A stretch of DNA of 63,851 bases, filler included. It is 6 parts of 6 records of this genome, joined end to end, with 100 filler letters (N's around TTAATTAATTAA, not from the genome) between each part and the next. Parts side by side here need not be neighbours in the genome. Positions count along the whole stretch, not along the records: positions 1 to 30,307 come from SRR20825010_4633; 5 more parts are not named here. One strand, written 5' to 3'. Both the position numbers and the translations under genes were made by a program. The notes under the pieces are model-generated. The model was not told where the DNA came from, searched no databases, and worked only from the letters and a program-made list of their open reading frames with translations. Position 1 is the first letter of the stretch. Each line of letters starts with the position of its first letter. Of the stretch, positions 9,087-17,479 are shown in pieces.

Positions 9087-12000
9087 TTAGCGAAGCTGCT
9101 CCCACGTTTGTCGGCCGATGCTTGAGTCCAGGGAACGGGCACAGAGTCCATCCTCGCATGGATCTCCCGGTGACAACTGGTTGGGATCCAGGCCCGGTAT
9201 CACTACTTCTGCGTCGCCGTCTTCGGTCGCAATCGTACGGTTTTCACCGCCGTAACCCACCTGGATGCCGCTTGGCGCATAGCCGCCTACGATATCACCC
9301 GCGTTGAAGGTGCCATCGCTGTTAAGGTCGAACACGGGGGTCTCAGAAGGAACGCCGGTTGTCAGTTTAAGATCCATAATAAACCCGGTACGCCCGCTTC
9401 CGCAGGGGTCATCATCAGGGATGACGGTAGTGAATCGAACCCGATCCGGGTTTACACCAAACGGGAAGGTTGCCCGGCTGATAACGCGCTCTCCCTGTTT
9501 GTTTGAGTTGTAGACAAGGTCCAGGTACCAGCCTTGCTGATTCGTAGACTGGTTGCTGGAGGTTTCCCGGACCGTAAAGCTGTTGGTACCGTTCCCTGAC
9601 GCCTTGTTTACAGTGACCTCTTCCTGTCTGGTGATGGTCTGTTGCACCAGATCATCTCGTTCGAGCCCTGACGCAGTCAGGTCGTCTTTTACGGCGTACA
9701 GTGTCTGGACATCGTAGTCACCTTCGTCGCCGTTTCGCAGGAAGCTACCGGTACCGAACGCTGCTACGAGTTCGTCACTGTTATTGGGGTTGAGCGCGAC
9801 CCGGGGAGCCACAGTGATCGGTTGACTATTACCGGCAGGGCTTTCGGCGGTGAATACTTTGGTTGCGTCCCACTTGTTAGTGTTTCCAGTAAGGTCGAAT
9901 CGCCAAAAATTGCCTAACAGATCGCCAGCGTAGGCATAACGGGTGATGGCATCTGTTTCCGGAAAACTGGTGATGGTAGCGGAGGCAAGGCCGTTTGAGT
10001 TCGCAGCGTTACCGGCTCCGGTTTGGAGTTCTTTGACGAGATTGCCGGTTTCCAGGTCAACAACAAACAGACTGGATTGACCGCTGGCCCCGTTGTAGCC
10101 ATTTCCAAAAATGGCTACCCAGGTTCCATCGTCGAGGCGGGAAATCTGCGGATCGGTAACGCCGTATCCGAGATTCGGATGTTGGAATTCCCACAGCACA
10201 TCATCTGCTGGAGAGAATGATCCTGGCTCGGTTATATCAAGCGCAAATACTGTTTTGCCGCCTTTGCCCATAGTTCCCAGAAGCACAGTTCGCCACTCGG
10301 AACCGTTTCCGTCTTTATCAATATAGGCATCCTGTACTCGTGGTGTGCCATCCATGAAGTATCGGTGGGTGTAGTTGGGCTTCATCAGCTCTGAAATGCG
10401 GGCATATGTATTTGAGCCCGAGGGGAGCAGCAGTTCTGATGGAATGTAGCCAAAGAGCTCTTTGCCGGTTTCGCCATCGAAGGCGTGCAGTATGCCGTCG
10501 TTGGCAGGCACATACAGTGCATCGATCCGGGTTTGGTAAGTATTAGTAGATCGGAATGAACCGTATTCGCTCCCTTCGGTACCACCCAGGCGTGCAAACC
10601 CATAGTTGGTTTTACCGACGAACTGCGGGTTCGCGTTGATGACATCACCCAGAAGCCTAAGCACAGTATTACCTCCAGCGTCAGTGCCCTGCCGGCTTCG
10701 GAGAGTTGCGTGAGCGTCATTGTCGCCATGAAGCCAGGCCAGTCGATTATGGCCAAGGTTATCTTGAGTGGCGTTCAGTGTTGGGTCGGCATTCAGCGCA
10801 TCCCGTTGAGCAGCCGAGAGGTTAGAAAGAGAGCTGGCCGATGCGAATTCCAGGTCAACGCCGCTACTTCCATTGTGGGTGATCAATTTCCGGTCTGTCG
10901 GGAGCGTCTGTCGCAGAATTTCTTCGGCATCCCAGAGCTGTTTGCCCTGGTCGAAGCTGAACCCTGACAAAGTGCCGGACCAGTCTTCACTGCGGAAGCC
11001 CGCAAAGAAACCCAGGGAGTCAGCGCGCAAGACTGCCGAACTGACAGCTGCGGATGAGGCAGATGTCTGTGAGCGAGCAATTACATCACCAAGGAAACTC
11101 TTGATTTCGTCGGCGAACTCCTTCGGGTTCTGCGCGCTGGCATAGCCACCGCGACCGTTGATCGCCGCATGGAGCAGGTCATCAATGTTGGCAGGGCTTC
11201 GGTTCGAGCCAGGTTCGGGCCAGTTGATGGTGATGTTGTTGTCCGGGTCGAGTGCAGCAAGTGCATCGGCTTCCTTGATGTCGCCTGTGACGCCTAGCCC
11301 GATCGTGAAGGTTGTCATGTGCTGCCAGAATGCCGGGTCGGTCGATGTGACGGGGACCTTGTTACCGAGGTCTGTGCGCAGATCGTTTTTCCAGTACTGC
11401 ATCGCAACATCCGCCAGAGTGTTGGAATGCCCGTCGGTAAATGGCGACACGGCTGTGTAGTTGAAATCGGAGCCATCGGGGTCCGGATTGGTGTAGGACG
11501 GTCCCGGCGTATTGTCGACATTTCCGACAGAGGGGCTGCTTCCGTTCCAGATACCATCGGTCATAATAAGGGAGAAACTTTGGCGGCATTCAATATGTGC
11601 GGTACTGTCATTGGTGCCAGGAATTTCTCCCCACGGGCCCCGATTGTCAGTACGGGAATAGTACTTGCCGACATCCCTGAGTGCCGTTCTCAGTGGGGTG
11701 CCGCCGTTTACACTCTTGTTGTGAAGCCAGGTTAGAAATTGCTGGCGTCGAGCAGCTGTGTATGGGCGCACTCCACTGACAAGGGTATCTGTGTCGTTTA
11801 CGCCATCAATGGTGTTGTTGTTGACGTTAATGGCGCCATAGCCAACCCGGATATTGTCTGGAAGATCAAAGAAGGCTTCCGTGATCCCCGATTTGGCCGC
11901 CAGGGTCCGCGTACTGTAATAGGAAAACCAGTTCGCATAGTTTTGTTTGATGTCGGCGGAGGCATTATTGAGCAAAATCGGTGTATAGCAGTCGTCTTGT

Positions 12001-12491
12001 CGGGGATTATTATCGCAACTCGTGGACGAGTTGAACTGCATGTAAAAGCCTTCCTCAATGCTACCGATGCTGTCGAAGCGAATGTATTCACTCAGATCAT
12101 CTGTCCCATCGGATTGATCAAATCCGTTTACCCAGGCGTTGGTGTAACTCGAATTCGGATAGCGAGAGCTACCATCCGGTTTGAAGGGCGGCTGATACGT
12201 TATTGTTGGGTCGTAGTAGACCTTGTTCACACGGCTGGAGTAGTAATACCGGTTGCCGCCATGCCCATCAAGGTCATCGGGCATGTAACGCCACGCCATT
12301 GAGCCCGAATCGTCATAGACAAACACCAGGTTTGAATCGACAGACTCCTTCAGGAACAGGGGCACCTGAGCCAGGTTGACCTGTGCCATGGCGGATTGCA
12401 TTGTACAGATCGAGAACACAAGGCTGGCGCTGAAGATGCCCAGCTTTGAGTAACCCGAGGGCTTTGGCGATGCTTTCTTGAACGTTTTCAT
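9087..12491 (-). CDS. pilY1: type IV pilus tip adhesin / assembly protein PilY1 (vWA + beta-propeller)
   Basis: Signal peptide; MIDAS-like DDSGSM, GTPLRTAL and IMTDG; PilC-type ANDGILHAFD, YFMDGTP and YAYAGDLLGNFWRFD. ATG at 12491 with GGAGAG. Confidence 0.93.
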   Translation of the reverse strand: MKTFKKASPKPSGYSKLGIFSASLVFSICTMQSAMAQVNLAQVPLFLKESVDSNLVFVYDDSGSMAWRYMPDDLDGHGGNRYYYSSRVNKVYYDPTITYQPPFKPDGSSRYPNSSYTNAWVNGFDQSDGTDDLSEYIRFDSIGSIEEGFYMQFNSSTSCDNNPRQDDCYTPILLNNASADIKQNYANWFSYYSTRTLAAKSGITEAFFDLPDNIRVGYGAINVNNNTIDGVNDTDTLVSGVRPYTAARRQQFLTWLHNKSVNGGTPLRTALRDVGKYYSRTDNRGPWGEIPGTNDSTAHIECRQSFSLIMTDGIWNGSSPSVGNVDNTPGPSYTNPDPDGSDFNYTAVSPFTDGHSNTLADVAMQYWKNDLRTDLGNKVPVTSTDPAFWQHMTTFTIGLGVTGDIKEADALAALDPDNNITINWPEPGSNRSPANIDDLLHAAINGRGGYASAQNPKEFADEIKSFLGDVIARSQTSASSAAVSSAVLRADSLGFFAGFRSEDWSGTLSGFSFDQGKQLWDAEEILRQTLPTDRKLITHNGSSGVDLEFASASSLSNLSAAQRDALNADPTLNATQDNLGHNRLAWLHGDNDAHATLRSRQGTDAGGNTVLRLLGDVINANPQFVGKTNYGFARLGGTEGSEYGSFRSTNTYQTRIDALYVPANDGILHAFDGETGKELFGYIPSELLLPSGSNTYARISELMKPNYTHRYFMDGTPRVQDAYIDKDGNGSEWRTVLLGTMGKGGKTVFALDITEPGSFSPADDVLWEFQHPNLGYGVTDPQISRLDDGTWVAIFGNGYNGASGQSSLFVVDLETGNLVKELQTGAGNAANSNGLASATITSFPETDAITRYAYAGDLLGNFWRFDLTGNTNKWDATKVFTAESPAGNSQPITVAPRVALNPNNSDELVAAFGTGSFLRNGDEGDYDVQTLYAVKDDLTASGLERDDLVQQTITRQEEVTVNKASGNGTNSFTVRETSSNQSTNQQGWYLDLVYNSNKQGERVISRATFPFGVNPDRVRFTTVIPDDDPCGSGRTGFIMDLKLTTGVPSETPVFDLNSDGTFNAGDIVGGYAPSGIQVGYGGENRTIATEDGDAEVVIPGLDPNQLSPGDPCEDGLCARSLDSSIGRQTWEQLR

Positions 12492-12565
12492 GGCAAACTC
12501 TCCAGTTGGAGTCAGCAATTCATTATGGTGTTTGTCAGACGGCGGTTTTCAACACAAGCCGCCGT

Positions 12566-13081
12566 TTACTCTGGTGGTAACAAAACCGTTGATTGTAGGA
12601 CGGTAACCGCCTCGTCACTTCCCCCCTGGGCCCTTGAAGTCGCCAGGTAGCGCTCGAAGCAGGGCTGTCCGGGTTCGATCGGGCACACATCCGCAAGACG
12701 CGCGAGATGGTAGGCAGGTTGTGCGCTTACATCCGGACCAGCGACCCCGGTGCCAGATCGGGCAGGGTTGTTGCCATCCCAATCCCACGGGCTGTCGAGC
12801 ATTGCCTCGCTAAAGGCTGTGACACGGGTACCTGGGGTGTTCAGAATATCGTTTTCACTCTGTCGTAACGTCGCTTCTGAAGCCTGAAACGAAATCGCAC
12901 TGTCGTGAGCGTTGCTCGCCATGCGTTCCTGCATCACGGATCCCTGCATGCCGCCGATGGCTAGCAGAGAAATGATCAGCAGCATGACAAGGGCCACGAT
13001 CAAGGTCGCTCCGCGCTGGTGTTTAGTATGAGGGCTAACGTCTACCATAGGCGGCTTCACTCGATTCCGGGTCGCTTTCAT
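12566..13081 (-). CDS. pilX: type IV minor pilin PilX
   Basis: QRG|ATLIVALVMLL lacks Glu5, as is typical of PilX; QERMASN...AISFQASE motif. Confidence 0.9.
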   Translation of the reverse strand: MKATRNRVKPPMVDVSPHTKHQRGATLIVALVMLLIISLLAIGGMQGSVMQERMASNAHDSAISFQASEATLRQSENDILNTPGTRVTAFSEAMLDSPWDWDGNNPARSGTGVAGPDVSAQPAYHLARLADVCPIEPGQPCFERYLATSRAQGGSDEAVTVLQSTVLLPPE

Positions 13082-14214
13082 TACATTCTCCCCCTGAGTG
13101 CAGTGGTGCTGACGGAGATAAGCCGAACACGTCGGTCCCCGTTGTTTGCCTGGGAGACTTCACTGCCAAGCATGTCAAAGTTGCGATTATTTTCTTCTTC
13201 CAGCACTTCGTCCTGGCTGCGGGTCATGACCGAGAATCGAACACTCACGATGGTGTTCCAGTCGACTACCTCGTCGGCGGGGACATAATCATCCGCAGCG
13301 CTGGTTCCACCGGTATCTTCGCCATAGAGGATCTGCAGTGTTTCAACGCCGGAGACCAGTTCCTGGGGGGGCTGGAGCGGTGTCATCATGCGCCGGAATA
13401 AGGCAGGCTCTCCGTTGGTGCCCTGGCCGATGTAATAGGCCATTGACGTAAACTGATAGACTCTGGTTTGAGTGTCGTAATTCAGGTTGAAGTTGTTACC
13501 GTTATTGCCCGGATTGACGTTGCCACCGGCCATCGTAATGGAGCTGGCATTGGCATTGTTGCTCTTCTGAAACATTTCGCCTTCGGAGCAATCGCCACGG
13601 GTGGCAAGAACGACGGATCCGGCGTCCACTCCCGAGCTGGCGTCAAGGTTAATGCTATTACTATTCGGGGCGGTGGCGGCAGTTACAGACACGCCGAGGG
13701 AAGTCAGGGCATTGACAATGATGACATCGGAGTTGGTGATCACAGAACCCGCAAGATCAGCGGGAAGGTTCGCACCAGCGGTTCCTGAGGCCCAGTTACC
13801 GGCGCCGGGCGTTGCCACGGCGTTTGCCAGCGTGACGCTATCTCCCGGGCCGGTTCCCGTGTACTCCCAGCCCTGGAGTGCCTGGTCCAGTGGTACCGCC
13901 AGGCCGCCATTCAGGCGGTTGTCGACAACCTGGTCAAGTGGTCTGCCCATTTCTGCAAGGCAGCCAAAACTGCCGGCAGAACGGAAATCCGGTGTCAGGA
14001 CGGCGGAAACAAATCGGGTGCTTTCCTGCGCGTGGGCAAGGCCCTGCGTCTGACGATAGGTCTCATTACCGCTCAGATAAATTTGGATTACTCCAAGTGT
14101 AAGAATGAGGCCGAGAGCTGTTGCAATCAGTAGCTCAACCAGCGACAGGCCTGATTGGCTGGCCCCAGGACGAGTATTGGGGGCAGGGGGAGCGCGGAAC
14201 TTTGACATGATCAA
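13081..14214 (-). CDS. pilW: type IV minor pilin PilW
   Basis: G|LSLVELLIA; C-terminal ELVSGVETLQILYGED...RVRLISVSTTALR. Confidence 0.9.
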   Translation of the reverse strand: MIMSKFRAPPAPNTRPGASQSGLSLVELLIATALGLILTLGVIQIYLSGNETYRQTQGLAHAQESTRFVSAVLTPDFRSAGSFGCLAEMGRPLDQVVDNRLNGGLAVPLDQALQGWEYTGTGPGDSVTLANAVATPGAGNWASGTAGANLPADLAGSVITNSDVIIVNALTSLGVSVTAATAPNSNSINLDASSGVDAGSVVLATRGDCSEGEMFQKSNNANASSITMAGGNVNPGNNGNNFNLNYDTQTRVYQFTSMAYYIGQGTNGEPALFRRMMTPLQPPQELVSGVETLQILYGEDTGGTSAADDYVPADEVVDWNTIVSVRFSVMTRSQDEVLEEENNRNFDMLGSEVSQANNGDRRVRLISVSTTALRGRM

Positions 14215-14711
14215 ATCTGAGTCCTCACTACTACAGGGTTCATGGCCTGGTCGTTCTGGTTCCAGTCTATGGTGACTGTAACCACGTTGGTTAAGGGATC
14301 GACTGCAACGGTACGCTCAGCCTCTGGAAGAAGGCAGGCGAGGCTGTTCTCCCAGGCCGCAATGTCGTTGGCTGCAACGGTTGCATTTGCCGGTACGAAA
14401 GATGTGGCGCAATCACCACCATCAGCGCCCTGCGCGTCGTCCTGAGCCAGGGCATAGTCACCGGGATTGTCGGAATTCGCACGAATTCGGTCCAGCAGGT
14501 CTTCCGCGAGCAGGACCGCCTGGCTCCGGCTCTGGGACTGAGAGTTCATTTGCAGGGAAACGACCTGTGTTGAAGCAACGCCCAGTATGCCGATGGCAAG
14601 GACCAAGACAGTAATGAGGATCTCAATCATTCCAAGACCGGACTGGTGTCTCGGGGAAGCCAGGCCGGAGCGGTGCTTAGATGTCTGAGTCATAGTTGGA
14701 GTCACGGGCAT
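14211..14711 (-). CDS. pilV: type IV minor pilin PilV
   Basis: G|LGMIEILITVLVLAIGILG; RSQAVLLAEDLLDRIRAN; VTVTIDW. Start may be 14693. Confidence 0.9.
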   Translation of the reverse strand: MPVTPTMTQTSKHRSGLASPRHQSGLGMIEILITVLVLAIGILGVASTQVVSLQMNSQSQSRSQAVLLAEDLLDRIRANSDNPGDYALAQDDAQGADGGDCATSFVPANATVAANDIAAWENSLACLLPEAERTVAVDPLTNVVTVTIDWNQNDQAMNPVVVRTQI

Positions 14712-15187
14712 ACTTCTCCGTCATCTACTTCGGTTCGTCCAACCGGGCTTACCCGGATCCTTCGGAAGGATATGTCACCACTGGCACAGCCGACCGGAGC
14801 GACGGTAAAGGTTTGAGCAGCTTGTGGAACAAGAAACCCGCGCCGGTCAAACACCAGATCGCCTACGCTTTCAGTAAAGGTAAGATTACCAGGTGACTCG
14901 AACCCGCGAATCTGGTCATTGGCGCAGTCCCCGGCGTCATCGCCTTCGTGCACACACCAACCGCCCCCCAGGCCACCATCGGTACTGAACGTGACGTTTG
15001 TGCCGCGTTTGATGGCTTCTGTTCTTGCAAGTTTAATGGATGACACCAGCAAGTTCGTGCCGGTTACCAGCCGATTGCTTTCTATCAGCCTGCCAAAGCC
15101 GGGGAGCGCAACAGTCGCAATGATCGCGAGAATGACCATCGTGATGAGTAGTTCTATGAGCGTGAAACCTGCGGTTCTCTTCAACAT
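14702..15187 (-). CDS. fimU: GspH/FimT-family minor pilin (FimU position)
   Basis: G|FTLIELLIT; ARTEAIKRG; immediately upstream of pilV. Confidence 0.8.
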   Translation of the reverse strand: MLKRTAGFTLIELLITMVILAIIATVALPGFGRLIESNRLVTGTNLLVSSIKLARTEAIKRGTNVTFSTDGGLGGGWCVHEGDDAGDCANDQIRGFESPGNLTFTESVGDLVFDRRGFLVPQAAQTFTVAPVGCASGDISFRRIRVSPVGRTEVDDGEVCP

Positions 15188-15253
15188 GCCAAATTCCGTT
15201 GGTAAGCCTCAGGTTAGTAAACCAAAGGCGCCATAGATATGCATCGCCTATTC

Positions 15254-15284
15254 GATGAACGGTCGAACATCCGGTATGGGCGGT
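15254..15284 (-). promoter_or_regulatory. candidate LytTR-family (AlgR-like) tandem binding site upstream of fimU
   Basis: Minus strand ACCGCCCATA-N11-ACCGTTCATC, a 21-bp period; the second site differs by one base from the AlgR consensus ACCGTTCGTC. Confidence 0.55.
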
Positions 15285-15343
15285 ATTCGGCGGCTGAAGA
15301 TGAGGTTTCGGTCACACTCTGGGGGCGACCATCGGGCCTTTGT

Positions 15344-15925
15344 TCATGGGCCAGGGCAGGTGATGGTCGTTCCCCAGGGAAGTCTGATTTTCCCATCCCC
15401 GTCTTCGTCATGGAGTGTCCGAATGCGGCCGCCAATATTGAGGGCCAGGTAACTCATGTCAAATCTTCCGTTGGTTGATGCAGAACACGCGACAAGGCTT
15501 CCCATGGTGCCGTGACTCATACCTTTGGCAGATAGCTGGAAGTAGCCTCTTCCGGCTGTTCGGGAATAGAGGCTGGACTGCCCCCTCGTGAGCGTGAACA
15601 CCCGGTGGACTTTTCCCGCATCCGGTCGCTTGTCGTTGTTTCTGTCTGGAAAGACGGAGACGGCGTTATTCCAGTCATCGGTACACCTCAGCGCGGGAGA
15701 CAGCGGGCACACGGTGGTCAGGGTTTTCTGGTGGACGGCGTAGGATCGTGCGACGGCAAACATCCGGCGAGTGTCGTTGATCACATCGGTGTGGCGCGTT
15801 GAGGAGATAAGCCGAGTCCAGGAGGTGCTGGCAATTCCGGCGAGCATTGCGACCAGCGCGAGCGTGAGAATAAGTTCAACCAGGGTGAAGCCCCTGGTTC
15901 GGGCAGGGTATCGCATAGTCAACAT
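15344..15925 (-). CDS. fimT: GspH/FimT-family minor pilin FimT
   Basis: RG|FTLVELILTL; ARSYAV...TVCP...C.DDW. Start may be 15916. Confidence 0.8.
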   Translation of the reverse strand: MLTMRYPARTRGFTLVELILTLALVAMLAGIASTSWTRLISSTRHTDVINDTRRMFAVARSYAVHQKTLTTVCPLSPALRCTDDWNNAVSVFPDRNNDKRPDAGKVHRVFTLTRGQSSLYSRTAGRGYFQLSAKGMSHGTMGSLVACSASTNGRFDMSYLALNIGGRIRTLHDEDGDGKIRLPWGTTITCPGP

Positions 15926-16037
15926 CCATGTTGGTGGTTTGGTCTGGGCGCTTTTTTACATCCTGTAGAAAAGCGACATGAATTCTACCGTATATCAATG
16001 AACGGTGGTTACCGGCGAGAGAATTCTGAGATACCGT

Positions 16038-17426
16038 TCACTCCATTCCCAGCTTCTTGAGGCGGTACCGAAGCGCTCGAAAGCTGATTCCCAGACGCTT
16101 AGCGGCCGCCGTTTTATTCCATCGGGTGGCTTCCAGAGCCTTCTCGATGGCTTGTCTCTCTATGTTCTCCAGGTAGTTTTCCAGGTCAATCTCGCCATCG
16201 GGCACCGGGGCAGTCCCGTCATCGTTGGCCTCGCCTTCCGCGATAACCTGGGTGGGAGACGACGCCGTCTGTACACCATTTCCCAGGTGCAGATCGCCGG
16301 CATCAATTTGATCGGCATCGCAAAGCGTAAAGGCGCGCTCCAGAACATTTTCGAGTTCCCTTACGTTGCCCGGGAAATCGTACTGTTTGAGCCGCCCGAT
16401 GGCGCCCTGGGTTAGCGAGGCGGGTTCGCATTCATATTCTTTACCGATTCTTTCGAGAATGTGGCGAGCAAGCAAGGAAATGTCGTCTGGTCGTTCCCGC
16501 AGAGGAGGCACAGCCAGTTCAATGACGTTGATCCGGTAGAAAAGGTCTTGCCGAAAAATGCCTTCCTGAACCAGATCTGGAAGGTTCTTATGGGTCGCGC
16601 TGAGTACCCGGATATCCACCGGAACTTCCTTGGTATCGCCAACCGGGCGGACAGCCTTTTCCTGAATTGCCCTCAGGAGTTTTACCTGCATTGCCAGAGG
16701 CAGGTCAGCAACTTCGTCCAGAAACAAAGTGCCACCGTTGGCAGATCGAAACAGGCCGTCTTTGTTTTCAACGGCCCCGGTAAAGCTGCCCTTTTTGTGC
16801 CCAAAAAATTCACTCTCCATGAGTTCAGAGGGGATGGCTCCACAGTTGACAGCTATAAAGGGACCGTCGCGGCGAGGACCCTGCAAATGAATCATTCTTG
16901 CGACCAGTTCTTTACCGCTACCCGATTCCCCGCTGATGAAAACAGGTGCCTGGCTCCTGGCCAGTTTCCGAGTTTGGCTTCGGAGTTTTTGAATTTCTGT
17001 TGATTTGCCGAGTAACAGACCCGGTTCATCGTCAGTGTCCTGAGTGTTGGCTTCGGCCTCCGACAATCGGAGAGCACTGTTGACCAGCTCCCGAAGCCGC
17101 GGAAGCTCAACCGGCTTGGACACAAAATCGAAGGCACCGGCCTTCAGGGATTCAATGGCCGTATCCATGTTGCCGTAGGCCGTGATTACAGCCACAGGGG
17201 TACAGGGCGTATTCTGCTGTATCCACTGCACAAGCTCGATGCCGTTGCCATCGGGCAGGTTCATGTCTGTCAGGCAGAGTTGTGGTTTGTGTTCACCCAG
17301 AAGCTTCTTCGCGCAGGTGATGTCTGGCGCGGTCAGGGTTGTTATTCCCATACGGCTGAGTGTGATTTCCAGAAGGTCCCGGATATCGGGTTCGTCGTCT
17401 ACGATCAGGGCGGTATGAGTGGTCAT
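16038..17426 (-). CDS. pilR: sigma54-dependent response regulator PilR
   Basis: Receiver domain (VDDEPD, TDMNLPDG), AAA+ GESGSGKE and GSFTGA, Fis-type HTH with RWNKTAAAKRLGISFRALRYRL. Confidence 0.95.
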   Translation of the reverse strand: MTTHTALIVDDEPDIRDLLEITLSRMGITTLTAPDITCAKKLLGEHKPQLCLTDMNLPDGNGIELVQWIQQNTPCTPVAVITAYGNMDTAIESLKAGAFDFVSKPVELPRLRELVNSALRLSEAEANTQDTDDEPGLLLGKSTEIQKLRSQTRKLARSQAPVFISGESGSGKELVARMIHLQGPRRDGPFIAVNCGAIPSELMESEFFGHKKGSFTGAVENKDGLFRSANGGTLFLDEVADLPLAMQVKLLRAIQEKAVRPVGDTKEVPVDIRVLSATHKNLPDLVQEGIFRQDLFYRINVIELAVPPLRERPDDISLLARHILERIGKEYECEPASLTQGAIGRLKQYDFPGNVRELENVLERAFTLCDADQIDAGDLHLGNGVQTASSPTQVIAEGEANDDGTAPVPDGEIDLENYLENIERQAIEKALEATRWNKTAAAKRLGISFRALRYRLKKLGME

Positions 17427-17479
17427 TGGATTGTTATCGGTTCCATGTCGTTATTCAGACTACCGGGCTTCCGGATTTG

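Noticed and set aside
12539..12565. ACGGCGG/CCGCCGT hairpin between pilX and pilY1
   Set aside because: No U tract and internal to an operon; at most an mRNA-stability element, too weak to call.
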